Positions 51,906 to 62,549 of a DNA stretch of 64,000 nt are shown here, piece after piece. A program made the translations under genes and the position numbers. This stretch comes from an uncultured virus (IMG/VR IMGVR_UViG_3300031760_006602) (taxonomy: Duplodnaviria; Heunggongvirae; Uroviricota; Caudoviricetes): IMG/VR virus record IMGVR_UViG_3300031760_006602. One strand, written 5' to 3'. The notes below the pieces were generated by a model. That model ran no database searches, had not been told where the DNA came from, and was given only the letters and a program-made list of their open reading frames with translations. Each line of letters begins with the position of its first letter. Position 1 is the stretch's first letter.

Positions 51906-52624
51906 CAGGAATGAACCATGCGGCTGGATTGTAACAGTGTATCGAAGTGAATTAGTCAACACGATAGTAACACAGTAAGTGAATGGGTCAATTCACAAAT
52001 AGTAACCTAATTGAAACATCTTTCTGGATTGTAACAAGAGGTGAGATTGGTTTACAAGACATGATTGTAATATGAGAATGAAATGAAACATTGTAGAAGA
52101 TAGTAACAAGGTCGACTATTGAATCAAATAATTTGGTAGTAACAAATTAAGGAAATGAACCGCTAGAAGAGATAGTGACAAAAGGTTAGAGTGAATTATG
52201 TTGCCGGATTGTAACACCCAGTATGAATGAGCCATGAAAAAGGGTAGTAACAAAAAAGGTTTGAGTGAGTTTGGAAACGGGATAGTAACAGGTTTTCTGA
52301 ATGAAACACGTAAAACGATAGTAACAAAGTATGTAATTGAGTTAATATGCATGATTGTAACAACGATGGGAAACGGAACACATGATGAGATGGTAACATG
52401 TAGTAGCGATTGATTCATGTACTTGGATAGTAACAATGAAAATGAGAGAAACACGCACCTGTGATGGTAGCAAACAGAGTGATTGAATCAGTTAATCAGA
52501 TAGTAACATAGGATTCGAATGAAACATGTTGTGGGTTAGTAACTTGTTCAAAGATTGGTACAAAATAGCCGATAGTAACACGTTTGGTGATTGAAACTTG
52601 CGGGCTGATAGTAACAAATGGGTA
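51872..52624 (+). ncRNA. TIGR-like dual-repeat guide array, segment 2 (about 21 units)
   Basis: GAT(A/T)GTAAC-type repeats at 51891, 51927, 51963, 51998, 52027, 52063, 52099, 52135, 52171, 52207, 52243, 52281, 52317, 52353, 52389, 52426, 52463, 52499, 52535, 52571 and 52607 (mostly 36 nt apart). The second repeat GA(A/T)TGAA(A/T)C lies halfway between. Confidence 0.92.
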
Positions 52625-52729
52625 ATGATTGTGTAAATTAAGGTAATAAATAAATTTTAAATTTTGTTATCTTTTTCCACCTCTCTGTAACTTCTTATAT
52701 AATACCTATAGCCCGCATTTTTATATTCT

Positions 52730-52873
52730 TTTTAAATCAATAAACCTGATAGTAACATTACAGGGGAATGGTACATATTACATTATAGTAACACAATGTA
52801 TGATTGAACAGAATTATAGATTGTAACAACATTATGAGATTGAAACAATAAGATAGATAGTAACATACAAATT
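52730..52873 (+). ncRNA. TIGR-like dual-repeat guide array, segment 3 (4 units)
   Basis: GATAGTAAC-type repeats at 52748, 52784, 52819 and 52856, with GAATGGTAC/GATTGAA(A)C between. Confidence 0.85.
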
Positions 52874-54317
52874 GATTAAATACTTTGGGGGTAATTATGA
52901 GTAAAAGGAAACATGTAAAAGCCTTTACTGCCTTTGTAGATTTAAATTCTTATTGTCAAAAACATCAGGATAATGGTTGTCAAGGGTGTATATTTGACAT
53001 GTCTAAAGGGGTAGTAAGAGATTGTGTAATAGAAAATCTTGCCAAAACTTCTAAAAGGGGTAGAAAAAATTTTATAGGTAAAGTTATAACAAAACTGAAT
53101 AAGTTGTTAAAGAGGTAAACAAGTATCATGTTAGAATCATTAGGTACTGTTAAGTTAGAAGATATTAATTCTTTAATGAAAGAAAAACCTTTTTATGGAG
53201 AAGATATAAAACAGATTTTGGACTCTCTAACTTTGGTAGCGAGTAGATTATCTGATACTATGTATATTCTACCTTTTATGGGTAGTAATTCTGATATAGA
53301 GAAGGTACTAACTTCAAGAATAGGTGAGGTTAGGGAATCTTTAGGTATTTTAGAGCGTTTACGTTATTCAGCACATACGGGGTTAAGTACAGTAAAAGAT
53401 AGATATTATTTACGAGTAATGCCTGAAAGTGGACAGGGGTATTTAGTTAAAGCTTATCAGTTTGATGGTGACTTTGTAAATAAAGACGGGGAATGGTATG
53501 CACCACGTTGGATACAAATGGAGTATATACTTGGGAAACTGTATTATTCCGGTCCAGAGCTTTATATCTATAGAGAAAACGATAAAGAACGTGTAGACAC
53601 TTTAGTGCCTGTAGGCTCCTATCTTGTAAGACGATGTGACGGAAATGGGGAGTTGTATGTAATTACTTCTGAAATGTTGGAAGAGTATTTTACAGAAGTA
53701 GAGATAGGGGTAAATGTAGGTTTAGTAGATATTAAAAATAAGGGAATGTAGATATGAAAAAGTTTTTAGCTGGTATTTCTTTAATGTGTGTAGCAGATGG
53801 TATGATTATTAGTAAGTTGTTTGGGGACAATGTTTATTTAATTGCTACGTTATTTTCGGTAGGCAGTGTTCTTTGTTTTTTATGGTGGTGGAATGATAAG
53901 TAATATAAAGTTGGTGAGTTAGTATGTTAGTACACGCTGTAGAAATCAAAAGTAGGAATGAGTGGGAAGAAGGAATATATTCAGTACAAGCCTTTGAAGT
54001 TCATACGAAAATTGAAAATGGAAAAACAGTAGAAAAAATTTCACTGTATGGAGTTCCGTTTAAGGGCAATCCTATTGTAAAAGATAAAGTACTTTCTATA
54101 ACAAAGTCAGCTTTGTTTAGGGGTAAAAATCTTACATGGTTTGTCTTTAACGGAACTGTTTTTTATGCAAGAGAGGGGATTGAAGATATTTCCAATATTG
54201 TAGAAAAAGCATTTAAAGAGTATGAAAAACGTTATGGAAATGAATTATAATGGGGTCTATAGGAAATTTCCATTCAAAAAAAAATAATATCAGTTTTGTA
54301 TTAAGTTTAAGTAAAAA

Positions 54318-54350
54318 ATACTTTACTTTATGTATTTCTTATGTTATAAT
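54318..54350 (+). promoter_or_regulatory. Extended -10 promoter with imperfect palindromic operator
   Basis: TTTACT-17bp-TATAAT with TG; TACTT-N6-ATGTA. Confidence 0.75.
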
Positions 54351-54379
54351 ATAATTGGTAATAAGGTTGTTAGGAGGTT

Positions 54380-54880
54380 ATGGGTATGTATTTGATGGAT
54401 GAAGTAAGGAATTATTTAGGGGTAAGAGTTGACGAGGAGTTTCAGTTACAACCCGTATACAAGGAAAATGAAGTTGTAACATGTGGTCCACCATTACCCT
54501 GTACTTTTAAGTTTTTCCGGAAAGAGGGACTGTTCCGTAAATACGAACTTTCTGATAAATGGGAAAGCGCTAAAGATTATTTACAACCTATCCTAATGGA
54601 CGAGTTACGTGTGGTAGATACTGAATTTCACCCCGCAAATGGAAAACCATACTGGGTAGTATGTTGGTCAGGTTGTATGTCAATTCCTTATGTAGTATGT
54701 AGGCATTGGTGGGGTGCATTAAAGGATTATATGTATTTAAGAAGTGGAAATTTCTTTAGTACAAAGTTGGAAGCAGAGAAAGAAAAGTTTAATATAGTAA
54801 AACAAATTGTAAAAGAGGGGTACGATATTCGTCCAGAGGATGAAGAAAAGTATTCTTACAGAGAGGGTGTTGAAATATGA
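54380..54880 (+). CDS. Paralogue family B member
   Basis: LGVRVDEEF...FHPANGKPYW...WWG..KDY..GNFF. Confidence 0.6.
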   Translation: MGMYLMDEVRNYLGVRVDEEFQLQPVYKENEVVTCGPPLPCTFKFFRKEGLFRKYELSDKWESAKDYLQPILMDELRVVDTEFHPANGKPYWVVCWSGCMSIPYVVCRHWWGALKDYMYLRSGNFFSTKLEAEKEKFNIVKQIVKEGYDIRPEDEEKYSYREGVEI

Positions 54881-56911
54881 GTTATCGAACATATGTAAAT
54901 GAACATCAAATATTTGGAAACAATGAATATTATCAGGAGTGGTTTGATTTTATTAAGTCACAGGGGATTGAGGTATCCGAAGAGTTTACTTATGATGGGT
55001 ATATTACAAATGTAATGGGTGCTGTTGAAGCAATAGAGAAAATTATTTTACGGAAAGCAAAAGAGAGTGAAGAAACCCTTATAGGTAGAAATGGAAAAAT
55101 GTTTAAACACTGTAAGTTATTTGACTTTAGTAACGAGTATGAGAAAATCATAATGGATAGAGAAGATAAATATGGGATGGAGTTGACTGACCATATCCTG
55201 TTTATTGAAGATATGTCTTACATGTTTATGTCGGTAGCTTTTATCAATGCCTGTAAAGACCTAATTGAGAGAGCTCCGAAACCAAAAGGAAAACGATTGT
55301 ATAATTATAAAGTAAAAGATGGAAAACAGGTACATGTACATGCTGGGTAAGGGGGTTTTTAGTTATGGGTGCCTGGGATTTTGCTAAATGGTTTGTAGAG
55401 TTTGTGTATGAACATTGGTTTTTAACATGGGTGTTTCTGTGGTGTATTTTTGGAAATGGGAATTTTATAAAGTTTTGTAGTAAGAACAGTAAAAAATCTT
55501 TATAAGACGGGTATACGGAAAAGGGGTATCGAGGTATGGGTTGTGATTTACTCAAAAAGTATGGGAGTTGTAATAAGTGTATGGAAGGTGCTCCTTATCA
55601 TTTTTGTTGTAGGAAAGAGTGTGGGGAACATCAATTCTGTACAATATGTATTGATTCAGAGTTAGAGAGACAGAAGAGGTTAAAACAGAAAAATAAAGAT
55701 GAAAGAGAACATAAAAGCAGTGCTTGATTTAGACTTGTTAATTGGTAATTTTGTGTATTATCTTGTGTTTTTTAAAAAGGGAAATCGGTTTACATTAAAT
55801 GATATAGCCGAGTATGCTAAACAGTTTCAAGATGGAATAAAAGAAGTAGGGTACAATATAAACAGGGGTATCAATATATTTGAAATGGAAGATTTTGTTG
55901 ATTATTACCCTATTATACGATGTCAATATGTAGACGATAAAGGAAATAGTTATCCAGTGTATTATCTTACGGAAAATCTAACATTAAATATGTTACGAAG
56001 GTACTTTAGGGTAGGGTTGCCAGCAAGGTTGTTAGTTAAGATAGATGATATAAGTGAAAAATATTTTAATCAGTTTTGTACTTTGTTAGGGTATATGGGA
56101 GAAGAGTTAAGAAATAATGATTAAGATTAAAAATGTTTTATACAACGACATAGATACGGAAATTGAAAAACTTTATGAAAACGAGGTTGAGGATGGGTAT
56201 GTAGTAGTACAAGATGAAGAATCACTTGGAAAAGATTGTATCATGGCAAGTACGACAGCTTGGAGAGTAACAGATAAAAATCTTATCTTTGTAGAAGGTA
56301 CTTATTACAATTTCATGGGAAACGGAATACATGAACCAGATTTTTCTTTAACCTTAATCTATGAAAATGTAAAAGATGATAAACAGTTTGATATAAACAA
56401 ATATCTGTACTTTGAACAAGATAGCCCTATGACATCAATTCATAATTTCTTGAATATAGTAAATGGTGGGGTAATAAAATGGTAACTATTAACGCAAGTT
56501 TTACAGTAGCTCAGTTGTTGGTTGTATTAGTAGTAGCAGGGATTATTATTGCTTTACTTGTAGCAGGTATGGTGTGGATGGTTATGGAAATGTAAGTTAA
56601 GGGGAAAGTGAGGTAATGGGTTATGATGGATTCTGTATTTGAAAGAGAATTAAAGGGTGAGTTGTATGTAATCGTAGTGTACCCTAATGGGTATAGTGAA
56701 AGTAAGAATGGGTTATATGTACGAAAAGACCAACCTATTAGGGATAACAGTAGGTTAGAGGTAACGGATAAGTTGACAGAAGCAAAGTTGTTTCAGAAAC
56801 GAAGTCAAGCGATTAAATCAGCCACAAATTTATCAAAAGGTAAAAATAATACGATTTTTATTGTAGAGAGGGTTTTGTTACAAGTTGTATTAGGGAGGGA
56901 AGTAGAAAAAG

Positions 56912-57310
56912 ATGGATTATACTAATTTAACAAAAGAAGAATTAAAACAGTTGTGTAGAGAGTGGCAGGAGATTTTACGATTACAAAGCTGGGATATAGA
57001 AGCTGATATTTGTCGTTCTGACGAGTTTAGTGTACCGAATCGCACCGGAGAGAATTGTTGGGATTTAAGTGTAGGAAAAGCATATATAAGGGTCTTACAC
57101 CCTGTAGACTATAAAAAATCTGTATGGCCTCATGATATGGAATTGGTTTTGGTACATGAGTTATTACATTTATATTTTATTGTGTTTTCTCCTGAAGAGG
57201 AAAGTACAATAAAACATTCTTTCATGGAAAATACCATAGAAACATTGGCAAAGGTGTTAGTAAGGTTACGGAGGGAAGGTAGGATAAAGTATGAAACAGA
57301 AAAGTATTAA
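56912..57310 (+). CDS. HExxH zincin-like metalloprotein
   Basis: WQEILRLQSW...LVHELLH...E. Confidence 0.65.
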   Translation: MDYTNLTKEELKQLCREWQEILRLQSWDIEADICRSDEFSVPNRTGENCWDLSVGKAYIRVLHPVDYKKSVWPHDMELVLVHELLHLYFIVFSPEEESTIKHSFMENTIETLAKVLVRLRREGRIKYETEKY

Positions 57311-57788
57311 TTCTATCTTACATATGTATGGGTTAGGGGTGAATATTCCTTTTTACATTGTATGGGTAGAGAACGATACCTTAAATAGGGAATTAGTGGT
57401 TGTAACAGATAATGGGTTTAGTTGGTATGATGAAGAAGAAAAATGTTGGTCAGGCGACCATTCCAAAGATTACTTGTTTATGAAATTGTTGTTAGGGGAC
57501 GCTGAAGCAGATTTTTATCCCTATAAACCTGTTGTAGGGGAACGATATAATTATTTGGCGGTAAGTGTTGGGAAAGAAATTAGAGAATACAGTAGAGAGT
57601 GGACAGGGTGTATGGAAGATTTGACAAATTATTTTTGTGGAAATTGTTTCCCTTATTCCACTAAATATCAAAGTGTGCCAACAGGAATTTGTGTAGGGTT
57701 ATTTACTAAGTTAAAAAATTACTACGAAGATGGTGTACGTTTAGCCGATATGGGTAAGGAAAAGGGTGAAGAAAATGACGAATCTTGA
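57291..57788 (+). CDS. Paralogue family B member
   Basis: LGV..PF...PYKPVVGERY...WTG..ED...GNCF. Confidence 0.55.
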   Translation: MKQKSINSILHMYGLGVNIPFYIVWVENDTLNRELVVVTDNGFSWYDEEEKCWSGDHSKDYLFMKLLLGDAEADFYPYKPVVGERYNYLAVSVGKEIREYSREWTGCMEDLTNYFCGNCFPYSTKYQSVPTGICVGLFTKLKNYYEDGVRLADMGKEKGEENDES

Positions 57789-58037
57789 GTATATTAAATC
57801 ATGTAGTACACATGAACTTGCCTCTTTTATCTATGATTTGATGTACGAGAAAGATTTTAAGGAAGAGGTAGATGTAGATTATGAAAATCAAAATAGCTTA
57901 TGGGGTTGTCAAAGTAAAGAAGATTTAATAGAGGTTTGGTTAGGTAGGGAAAAAGAAGATACAGAAATGAATAAGAAACAGAAAGAGGAAATTGTAGAAG
58001 CTTTAAATGATATTTTTTAATTATAGGGGGAGTATAG

Positions 58038-58547
58038 ATGACAAAATACATTAATGAAAAGAAACGGATTTTAACAGTTGTCGGTAATAATTTGAAATAT
58101 TGGAGAGGGGTAAGGGGGTATTCTAAAAAGAGAGTAGCAGATATGGCAGATATTATTCCTCAACAATATAATGATTATGAAAGTGGTAAAACAGAGCCAG
58201 GGATTATAACAGCACAGCGGGTTTGTGACGCTCTTGGTATTTCTTTGTTTGATTTAATGCAGGGTACAGAAATAACAAAAGAAACACCTATAGAAGGGTC
58301 ACAAGAAGAGGTAGATTACATTAAAAGTAAGTTAATAAATCTTGGGTTTACTGTGGATTATGCAGAAGATATGAAGTTAAAAGTTTATATAGGGGAAACT
58401 AATACATGTCAGGAATTTACTGTGTATGAGTTGAAAAATATCTTAAAGAAAATCAACAATAATAAAATGAAGTCCGTACAGTATCAGTTAGTTTTACTTG
58501 GAATTATGGATTTAATGTTGGTAAAGAAAAGGGTAAAAGAAGGGTAG
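58038..58547 (+). CDS. XRE-family HTH transcription regulator
   Basis: GNNLKYWRGVRGYSKKRVADMADI..QQYNDYESGKTEP.....VCDALGIS. Confidence 0.88.
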   Translation: MTKYINEKKRILTVVGNNLKYWRGVRGYSKKRVADMADIIPQQYNDYESGKTEPGIITAQRVCDALGISLFDLMQGTEITKETPIEGSQEEVDYIKSKLINLGFTVDYAEDMKLKVYIGETNTCQEFTVYELKNILKKINNNKMKSVQYQLVLLGIMDLMLVKKRVKEG

Positions 58548-61446
58548 GCGGTACTATGTATTATGATGTAGATAAATATGATGTCGAGGGTTGGGTAAAA
58601 GAGATTGATACTTTATTAAGTACTATCCGCAGGTTAGGGTTAAGATTAGGTTTATTAAAAACACAAACAGGGGTTAAGTTGTTTGTAGAAAATACTGTAG
58701 AAGAGAAAAGAGAAATAACGACTTCTAATTTCGGTGAAATAGAGGTACAAGATTTAGACTATGAAGAAGTTGATGTAGATACGATATGTTTGGTAGGGTT
58801 TTTAAATTCACTTGCCTTTAGAACGAGGGAGTATGGGTTTATGCCATTATCCTTGGTAAATGATAATGGTATTTTACTTGGGAATGGGATTCCAGAAGAT
58901 ATAAAACAAGGAACTTTATTTTATGATGATACATTATCCGAATCTTATATAAGGGAAAGTAAAACAAAATGGTACCCTATTGTAGAAAAGTTTATAGAGA
59001 AGGATGGTATGGTAACACCTGTTTTTTATGATAGAAATATTTTACAGCTTGGTATTACTGATACAGAAAATAAGGGAAAGATGTATTATATTATTTATGT
59101 AGTTTCAGATTATAATGGGTTTATTATCAGAGACGGTCAATGGAAAAAACACTTAATTAATACTAAGGGGTAAACTGATTATGAAGGATAAAACAAGAAA
59201 TGATGTTTTAATGGAAAAAGTTGAGTCCTTGATAAGTGAAATAGAAACTATGGAACAAGAAAGTTTGTTGAAAATGAAACGAACACTCCATAATACTTCT
59301 TACAGTTCCTATTTTAATTTGGGAAAATATCCGATGGGTAGGTTTAGGACAGCTGAATTTGCGGTTACAAATGCCTTAGCTTCACTTGAAATAGCGAAAA
59401 ATCAGTTGAAAGAGTTAGATGATGTTTTAATGAACACTTGGTATAAAGAACACAAAGAAGAGATACATAAAAAGTTAGATAAGGAGTAAATATGAATACT
59501 GCAGTGTATGGGGTATATATAACAAGCCGGTATGGAGATAATTTATTAAAAATATTCAGTAATAAAAAGTCTGCTGATGGGTATCGAAAAAACTTACAAC
59601 GGATTTATTATTTAACAGAGGGTGACGAAAAGATTTATCAAGTTAAAAAGTTACCCGTTGAAGAAACTTATGAAAGAAAGCCTGTAACTCTTGGGTATGT
59701 GTATGAATTAAGTGTGCATAAATACAGTAGTTACGGATTAAATGAAAGAGATTACAGTACATTTTCCTATAAACATGTACCTACTATCATAGATAGACCT
59801 TTTATGGAAGAGTGGGAAAAGTCAAATGTAGGCGAGGAAAAGTTGTCTGATTTACCTTATCCAAGAAAAAATAAAATTTTTGTAGCCTGTAAGTTTAATT
59901 CACAAGATTTACATGGGGTAAGGGAATATAGAGGGATATGGGATAATGGGATTGGGTTTTCTCATTGTTTAAAAGAAGTTCATTTTTTTAGGTTAAGTGA
60001 TTATAGACGAAAAGCAGTAAAACAGTTACATAGGTATTTAAACAAATACAGAAGTACCATAATGGATTGTATTGATAGAACAAATCCGTTTTATTATATG
60101 AGTCAAGGGTTTAAACCTCTATCAGACTATGAAGAGTTTGATTTGGGGTATAGACGTGTATTACGTTATTTGAAAGATAAGGGGTTAGACTTTGATGATA
60201 TTAAAAATTTACCAATGGAAAAACTGGTATTAATGACGAATTTAAATGTATGGTTTTTTTCTCAAATACATGTATTTTATAAAGATATAGAATTTAAGAC
60301 TGTAAAGAAACATGGGTTAATAGAGAAGGTAGATGGTGGAGAGGAGGAATAGGTATGTTATATGAATATTTAGTGTATCGGTATAATGTAAATACCCATA
60401 AAAAAGATATTGTAGCCGTCAGTGATTTTGAAGAGGAAGCTAATAAAATTTTAGATTTGTTAGAAACTCAAAGTTTCTGTAATGGGACATGGGATATTTA
60501 TTCCGTTGCAAAGTTAGAAAAAAAGTTATACAAGGATTATGATAAAACTTTGCCAAAACGTATTTTAGTAGAAATCAAAGAAGAAAACTTAACAAACCCT
60601 AAAAATTATTCAATTACAAAGCTGGACGATGATTTTACATCACCTGTTCCTCCTTGTATTCAAGTTTTGTTAAATGGACCTTATTGCCATGATAATCGTG
60701 TAGTAATGAAATTTACATTAGCTATTGATAAAGATGATAGAGTTTCAAATATCGTAAAACGAATTAAAAGTAAGTCAGACCTTTATATGGACTTGATTCG
60801 TAGGTATGATTTGGGGTTTTATAGTCTTGACTTTTTAAAAGATTGCAAAGCGGAAAATCTAAAACATATGGGATTTAAAGGGGAAGGAAAGTGTTATACT
60901 TTATATTTTGAAGATGCTTATAAAGAAAAGGAAATAAAGGGGTAAATTTAAATTATGGATGTGGTAATCAGTGTTATAGTTTTTGCTATTGCAGTTTCTT
61001 TGGTTATGTATGTAATTTATGAAGATAACAAAGAAGAAAGAGAGGTAAATAAAGTACTTGATTTTTTGATTGATGGAAATTTTATATGGGAAAAACGAAA
61101 ATACAAGGATAGTGAAAATATTTTTAATTCTGAAGAGAAGTTTGTTTTAAGCATAGATTGTGGTGGGGTTTATTGTTGTTTTGTACTTGGTAAAGTATGG
61201 GGAATCGAGGTTTTTAGAGAAGATGGAGTTGGGCCGAGAAGAAATTTAATAGAGTTGAAAATAGAAAGCTCTTTTTATAATGGCTCTGTAGATAATTCAG
61301 ACTATTCAAAAGTAGATACTTTATATGAAAAGGTAGCAGGTGGTGAAATTTATGATGAGGTAAATGGAAAAGATGATGTAGAGAAGTTATCTTTATTAAA
61401 CAATTATCTAAAAGAACATTTTTAATAAAAAGTTATATTATTTTAT

Positions 61447-61484
61447 AAAAAATACTTTACATTAAGTATTTTTTGTGGTACAAT
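61447..61484 (+). promoter_or_regulatory. Extended -10 promoter with long palindromic operator
   Basis: AAAAAATACTT-N6-AAGTATTTTTT; TTTACA-17bp-TACAAT with TG. Confidence 0.8.
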
Positions 61485-61775
61485 AGGTTCAGGAGGTGGT
61501 AAATGTGAGGGTAGCAGGTAAGGTAAAGCAACGACAGTTAGCTATTTTTGCAAAAGAACAGTTTGTGAGAACACTCAAAAAAGCTTATAATTCTGAGTCG
61601 GTAAGTATTGAAATCAGTGAGTTTGGAACTGTGTATGTATATGTAGACTCACCCGATGTACCTAAAAGTCAGGAAGGGTTAAGAAATGTACTTACAAACT
61701 TTTTAGGGATAGGGAAGGTAACAGAGATTACAGGTACATATAAAGAGGTATGGGTAGCCTATCAGGAGAACTCAA

Positions 61776-62549
61776 ATGTTAACAAGGTTCAGAAATTATA
61801 AAACAATACAGGGTACACCTACTGAACGGAAGCCTGAAGATTTTCCTTACAGTTACACAAGATTTTGTATTTTTAGGTATGATTGGAAACAAACAGACCA
61901 TGTAGTTTTTACAGATAGACTTTCAAAGTTATATGAGAAAAGGTATGATACATTATTTAAAAAACATCTTGGAAATGGTCAATATTATTCCACAAAAAAT
62001 CCAACAAGGATTGAGAAGTTTCTTTCAGAGTTGTTTGGTAAAAGGTTAATGTTGACTGGTATCGAGGAAGAATGTAATGCCTCAAATGGGTATCCTTATT
62101 GGTTGTTATACTATCGTGAAAAGGGAGATATACTCATGGGAACATCAATTAAAGCAACAAATTCTACCTATCGGTTTGATTGTGGTGGGTATGGGTTTTT
62201 CAATTTACGGAAAGCCATTGCTTATGCCATGGATAAGGAGTTTGGTGAGAATTATTTTAATTTAGTCAGCTGTCATACAAAAGAAGATTATGAAAACCAT
62301 GATAAAATTGCAAATCGTATCCTTCAGGAAAAGGGTTTGGATGAGGATGTTGTTGACTTTCTGTATCAGGATGATGGTAAAGGTAAGGTAAACTACAAAA
62401 CTTGCAAAAAGATTTATGATTTGATTAAAGATATTGATTACTCCGGACGGGGTTTTCGGTATGCCGCTTATCGTCACAATGATTATGACGAGTTCAAAGA
62501 GTTTTTGTTGGAGTGCTATAAAAAGCGTAGAAATATGGTATGGAGTTGA
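61776..62549 (+). CDS. Hypothetical protein, possibly a fusion of two phage genes
   Basis: Internal in-frame ATG at 62136 preceded by an RBS-like aagggaga. Confidence 0.55.
   Translation: MLTRFRNYKTIQGTPTERKPEDFPYSYTRFCIFRYDWKQTDHVVFTDRLSKLYEKRYDTLFKKHLGNGQYYSTKNPTRIEKFLSELFGKRLMLTGIEEECNASNGYPYWLLYYREKGDILMGTSIKATNSTYRFDCGGYGFFNLRKAIAYAMDKEFGENYFNLVSCHTKEDYENHDKIANRILQEKGLDEDVVDFLYQDDGKGKVNYKTCKKIYDLIKDIDYSGRGFRYAAYRHNDYDEFKEFLLECYKKRRNMVWS

Noticed and set aside
52116..52454. Minus-strand ORFs 52116..52454 and 52196..52399
   Set aside because: They are by-products of the 36-nt periodicity (recurring LL/VTI). They oppose the genome-wide + strand orientation and have no RBS or motif.
50610..52873. 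CRISPR array
   Set aside because: Repeats are 9 nt and alternate between two types with 9-nt spacers. There is no 23-47-nt repeat and no cas gene in the window.
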